DNA from: the human T2T-CHM13v2.0 reference genome, Homo sapiens
Strand: one strand, 5' to 3'
Length of the DNA stretch: 64,000 bases
NCBI RefSeq assembly: GCF_009914755.1
Contig: NC_060925.1
Both the position numbers and the translations under genes were made by a program. How positions within the stretch are numbered: position 1 is the first letter of the stretch; the number at the start of each line of letters is the position of its first letter. This document shows, piece by piece, positions 58,901 through 64,000 of the stretch. The notes beneath the pieces were generated by a model, which saw nothing but the letters and a program-made list of their open reading frames with translations, made no database searches and was not told where the DNA came from.

Positions 58901-61900
58901 TCAATTGGTATTGAATGGAATTGTCATCAAATGGAATTCAAAGGAATCATCATCAAATGGAACCGAATGGAATCCTCATTGAATGGAAATGAAAGGGGTC
59001 ATCATCTAATGGAATCGCATGGAATCATCATCAAATGGAATCGAATGGAATCATCATCAAATGGAATCTAATGGAATCATTGAACAGAATTGAATGGAAT
59101 CGTCATCGAATGAATTGAATGCAATCATCGAATGGTCTCGAATGGAATCATCTTCTAATGGAAAGGAATGGAATCATCGCATAGAATCGAATGGAATTAT
59201 CATCGAATGGAATCGAATGGTATCAACACCAAACGGAAAAAAACGGAATTATCGAATGGAATCGAAGAGAATCTTCGAACGGACCCGAATGGAATCATCT
59301 AATGGAATGGAATGGAATAATCCATGGACTCGAATGCAATCATCATCGAATGGAATCGAATGGAATCATCGAATGGACTCGAATGGAATAATCATTGAAC
59401 GGAATCGAATGGAATCATCATCGGATGGAAACGAATGGAATCATCATCGAATGGAAATGAAAGGAGTCATCATCTAATGGAATTGCATGGAATCATCATA
59501 AAATGGAATCGAATGGAATCAACATCAAATGGAATCAAATGGAATCATTGAACGGAATTGAATGGAATCGTCATCGAATGAATTGACTGCAATCATCGAA
59601 TGGTCTCGAATGGAATCATCTTCAAATGGAATGGAATGGAATCATCGCATAGAATCGAATGGAATTATCATCGAATGGAATCGAATGGAATCAACATCAA
59701 ACGGAAAAAAACAGAATTATCGTATGGAATCGAAGAGAATCATCGAGTGGACCCGAATGGAATCATCTAATGGAATGGAATGGAATAATCCATGGACTCG
59801 AACGCAATCATCATCGAATGGAATCGAATGGAATCATCGAATGGACTCGAATGGAATAATCATTGAACGGAATCGAATGGAATCATCATCGGATGGAAAT
59901 GAATGGAATCATCATCGAATGGAATCGAATAGAATTATGGAATGAAATCCAGTGTGATCATCATCGAATGGACCCGAATGGAATCATCATCCAACGGAAG
60001 CTAATGGAATCAACATCGAATGAATCGAATGGAAACACCATCGAATTGAAACGAATGGAATTATCATGAAATTGAAATGGATGGACTCATCATCGAATGG
60101 ATTCGAATGGAATCATCGAATAAAATTGATTGAAATCATCATCCAATGGAATCGAATGGTATCATTGAATGGAATCGAATGGAATCATCATCAGATGGAA
60201 ATGAATGGAATCGTCATAGAATGGAATCGAATGGATTCATTGAATGGAATCAGATGGAATCATCGAATGGACTGGAATGGAATCATTGAATGGACTCGAA
60301 AGGGATCATGATTGAATGGAATTGAATGGAATCATCGAATGGTCTCGATTGGAATCATTATCAAATGGAATCGAATGGAATCATCGAATAGAATCGAATG
60401 GAACAATTATCGAATGGACTCAAATGGAATTATCCTCAAATGGAATCGAATGGAATTATCGAATGCAATCGAATGGAATTATCGAATGCAATCGAATAGA
60501 ATCATCGAATGGACTCGAATGGAATCATCGAATGGAATGGAATGGAACAGTCAATGAACACGAATGGAATCATCATTGAATGGAATCGAATGGAATCATC
60601 GAGTGGAATTGAATGGAATTATGATCAAATGGAATCGAATGTAATCATCATCAAATGGAATCAAAAATAACCATCATCAATTGCTATTGAATGGAATTGT
60701 CATCAAATGGAATTCAAAGGAATCATCATCAAATGGAACCGAATGGAATCCTCATTGAATGGAAATGAAAGGGGTCATCATCTAATGGAATCGCATGGAA
60801 TCATCACCAAATGGAATCGAATGGAATCATCATCAAATGGAATCTAATGGAATCATTGAACAGAATTGAATGGAATCGTCATCGAATGAATTGAATGCAA
60901 TCATCGAATGGTCTCGAATGGAATCATCTTCTAATGGAAAGGAATGGAATCATCGCATAGAATCGAATGGAATTATCATCGAATGGAATCGAATGGTATC
61001 AACACCAAACGGAAAAAAACGGAATTATCGAATGGAATCGAAGAGAATCTTCGAACGGACCCGAATGGAATCATCTAATGGAATGGAATGGAATAATCCA
61101 TGGACTCGAATGCAATCATCATCGAATGGAATCGAATGGAATCATCGAATGGACTCGAATGGAATAATCATTGAACGGAATCGAATGGAATCATCATCGG
61201 ATGGAAACGAATGGAATCATCATCGAATGGAAATGAAAGGAGTCATCATCTAATGCAATTGCATGGAATCATCATCAAATGGAATCGTATGGAATCAACA
61301 TCAAATGGAATCTAATGGAATCATTGAACAGAATTGAATGGAATCGTCATCGAATGAATTGACTGCAATCATCGAATGGTCTCGAATGGAATCATCTTCT
61401 AATGGAAAGGAATGGAATCATCGCATAGAATCGAATGGAATTATCATCGAATGGAATCGAATGGTATCAACACCAAACGGAAAAAAACGGAATTATCGAA
61501 AGGAATCGAAGAGAATCTTCGAACGGACCCGAATGGAATCATCTAATGGAATGGAATGGAATAATCCATGGACTCGAATGCAATCATCATCGAATGGAAT
61601 CGAATGGAATCATCGAATGGACTCGAATGGAATAATCATTGAACGGAATCGAATGGAATCATCATCGGATGGAAATGAATGGAATCATCATCGAATGGAA
61701 TCGAATAGAATTATGGAATGAAATCCAGTGTGATCATCATCGAATGGACCCGAATGGAATCATCATCCAACAGAAGCTAATGGAATCAACATCGAATGAA
61801 TCGAATGGAAACACCATCGAATTCAAACGAATGGAATTACCATGAAATTGAAATGGATGGACTCATCCTCGAATGGATTCGGATGGAATCATCGAATAAA

Positions 61901-64000
61901 ATTGATTGAAATCATCATCGAATGGAATCGAATGGTATCATTGAATGGAATCGAATGGAATCATCATCAGATGGAAATGAATGGAATCGTCATAGAATGG
62001 AATCGAATGGATTCATTGAATGGAATCAGATGGAATCATCGAATGGACTGGAATGGAATCATTGAATGGACTCGAAAGGGATCATGATTGAATGGAATTG
62101 AATGGAATCATCGAATGGTCTCGATTGGAATCATTATTAAATGGAATCGAATGGAATCACCGAATAGAATCGAATGGAACAATCATCGAATGGACTCAAA
62201 TGGAATTATCCTCCAATGGAATCGAATGGAATTATCAAATGCAATCGAATGGAATTATCGAATGCAATCGAATAGAATCATCGAATGGACTCGAATGGAA
62301 TCATCGAATGGAATGGAATGGAACAGTCAATGAACTCGAATGGAATCATCATTGAATGGAATCGAATGTAATCATCGAGTGGAATCGAATGGAATTATGA
62401 TCAAATGGAATCGAATGTAATCATCATCAAATGGAATCAAAAATAACCATCATCAATTGGTATTGAATGGAATTGTCATCAAATGGAATTCAAAGGAATC
62501 ATCATCAAATGGAACCGAATGGAATCCTCATTGAATGGAAATGAAAGGGGTCATCATCTAATGGAATCGCATGGAATCATCATCAAATGGAATCGAATGG
62601 AATCATCATCAAATGGAATCTAATGGAATCATTGAACAGAATTGAATGGAATCGTCATCGAATGAATTGAATGCAATCATCGAATGGTCTCGAATGGAAT
62701 CATCTTCTAATGGAAAGGAATGGAATCATCGCATAGAATCGAATGGAATTATCATCGAATGGAATCGAATGGTATCAACACCAAACGGAAAAAAACGGAA
62801 TTATCGAATGGAATCGAAGAGAATCTTCGAACGGACCCGAATGGAATCATCTAATGGAATGGAATGGAATAATCCATGGACTCGAATGCAATCATCATCG
62901 AATGGAATCGAATGGAATCATCGAATGGACTCGAATGGAATAATCATTGAACGGAATCGAATGGAATCATCATCGGATGGAAACGAATGGAATCATCATC
63001 GAATGGAAATGAAAGGAGTCATCATCTAATGGAATTGCATGGAATCATCATAAAATGGAATCGAATGGAATCAACATCAAATGGAATCAAATGGAATCAT
63101 TGAACGGAATTGAATGGAATCGTCATCGAATGAATTGACTGCAATCATCGAATGGTCTCGAATGGAATCATCTTCAAATGGAATGGAATGGAATCATCGC
63201 ATAGAATCGAATGGAATTATCATCGAATGGAATCGAATGGAATCAACATCAAACGGAAAAAAACAGAATTATCGTATGGAATCGAAGAGAATCATCGAGT
63301 GGACCCGAATGGAATCATCTAATGGAATGGAATGGAATAATCCATGGACTCGAACGCAATCATCATCGAATGGAATCGAATGGAATCATCGAATGGACTC
63401 GAATGGAATAATCATTGAACGGAATCGAATGGAATCATCATCGGATGGAAATGAATGGAATCATCATCGAATGGAATCGAATAGAATTATGGAATGAAAT
63501 CCAGTGTGATCATCATCGAATGGACCCGAATGGAATCATCATCCAACGGAAGCTAATGGAATCAACATCGAATGAATCGAATGGAAACACCATCGAATTG
63601 AAACGAATGGAATTATCATGAAATTGAAATGGATGGACTCATCATCGAATGGATTCGAATGGAATCATCGAATAAAATTGATTGAAATCATCATCCAATG
63701 GAATCGAATGGTATCATTGAATGGAATCGAATGGAATCATCATCAGATGGAAATGAATGGAATCGTCATAGAATGGAATCGAATGGATTCATTGAATGGA
63801 ATCAGATGGAATCATCGAATGGACTGGAATGGAATCATTGAATGGACTCGAAAGGGATCATGATTGAATGGAATTGAATGGAATCATCGAATGGTCTCGA
63901 TTGGAATCATTATCAAATGGAATCGAATGGAATCATCGAATAGAATCGAATGGAACAATCATCGAATGGACTCAAATGGAATTATCCTCCAATGGAATCG
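46350..64000 (+). repeat. Homogeneous 3552-bp dimeric higher-order repeat (alternating P and Q 1776-bp units, about 5 copies)
   Basis: P units (47130, 50682, 54234, 57786, 61338) carry tcgaaagg, aacagaagct, gaattcaaacg, ttaccatg, atcctcg, ttcggatgg, ttattaaa. Q units (48906, 52458, 56010, 59562, 63114) carry aaacagaattatcgtat, tcgagtggaccc, gaacgcaat; the complete Q units also carry gaacacg, ttgctattg. All landmark spacings in this domain are exactly 1776. Confidence 0.92.

Larger units (their letters stand above)
1..64000 (+). repeat. Human satellite 2 (HSat2/HSATII) tandem array, GGAAT strand, no interruptions
   Basis: The sequence throughout is made of diverged 23/26-bp motifs such as atcatcgaatggaatcgaatgga and atcatcatcgaatggaatcgaatgga (reverse complement CATTCGATTCCATTCGATGAT, the HSat2 signature). 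TCGA is abundant and pure (GGAAT)n runs are only about 3 copies long, which separates it from HSat3. Confidence 0.98.
30..64000 (+). repeat. 36 tandem copies of a ~1776-bp unit; probable chromosome 1q12 1.77-kb HSat2 family (HSat2A2 / D1Z1 / pUC1.77-like)
   Basis: The once-per-unit landmark (gaaatccagtgtgatc; 68-aa pseudo-ORF at 331, 2105, 3881, 5784, 8152 ... 63415) occurs 36 times. Spacings are mostly 1776, with variants 1774, 1753, 1903, 2368 and 1318. There is one GAATTC per canonical unit (e.g. 1176, 46502, 48278), which predicts a 1.77-kb EcoRI fragment. The chromosome assignment comes from family knowledge, not from an alignment. Confidence 0.88.

Noticed and set aside
49770-60445. Possible 10656-bp super-period in the dimer domain (cctcaaatgg at ~49778 and ~60434)
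   Set aside because: It rests on a single site, and a nearby marker (gtggaatcga vs gtggaattga) disagrees between these two units.
30-63863. Hundreds of + strand ORFs (61-163 aa; MEWN/GIIEW/MESS repeats)
   Set aside because: They are translations of the pentamer satellite in overlapping frames, recur with the DNA period, are freely broken by stops and frameshifts, and show no recognisable domain. They are not genes.
1-64000. CRISPR-like repeat/spacer organisation
   Set aside because: There are no unique spacers, no constant-length direct repeat separated by unrelated sequence, and no cas-like ORFs.
1-64000. All ORFs on one strand, suggesting a coding or transcriptional bias
   Set aside because: This is explained by composition. 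The + strand is rich in ATG from GAATG, while the - strand has frequent TGA from (GAT)n. It only confirms a single orientation with no inversion.
1-64000. HSat3/DYZ1 identity suggested by GGAAT motifs and a ~3.55-kb period
   Set aside because: ATC triplets, abundant TCGA and the absence of long (GGAAT)n runs indicate HSat2. The 3552-bp period is 2x1776 and its similarity to the DYZ1 length is coincidental.
1-64000. Embedded Alu/L1/ERV insertion or unique sequence island
   Set aside because: None seen. Every landmark-to-landmark spacing is accounted for by satellite-internal indels (2, 10, 23, 147, 468, 713 bp), leaving no room for an insertion.

Overview
The whole 64 kb window is one uninterrupted, single-orientation array of human classical satellite 2 (HSat2/HSATII), shown on its GGAAT strand. 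It is built from GAATG/GAATC pentamers and ATC triplets. It contains 36 copies of a ~1776-bp unit with one EcoRI site each, which fits the 1.77-kb HSat2 family of chromosome 1q12 heterochromatin (family knowledge, not a search result). I see no genes, RNA genes, transposons, CRISPR arrays or inversions. All listed ORFs are satellite read-through artefacts, used here only as positional and variant markers. I did not find a novel protein-coding system. The informative signal is the array architecture. Each unit is 1308 bp plus an internal 468-bp tandem duplication. The left ~46 kb is a mosaic of rearranged blocks recurring at offsets of 29081, 23755, 14156, 5326, 3527, 3094 and 1776 bp, and includes a twice-present divergent 615-bp subunit. 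The right ~17.5 kb switches to a regular 3552-bp two-unit higher-order repeat. All comparisons were made by eye plus ORF-coordinate arithmetic, so breakpoints are approximate.
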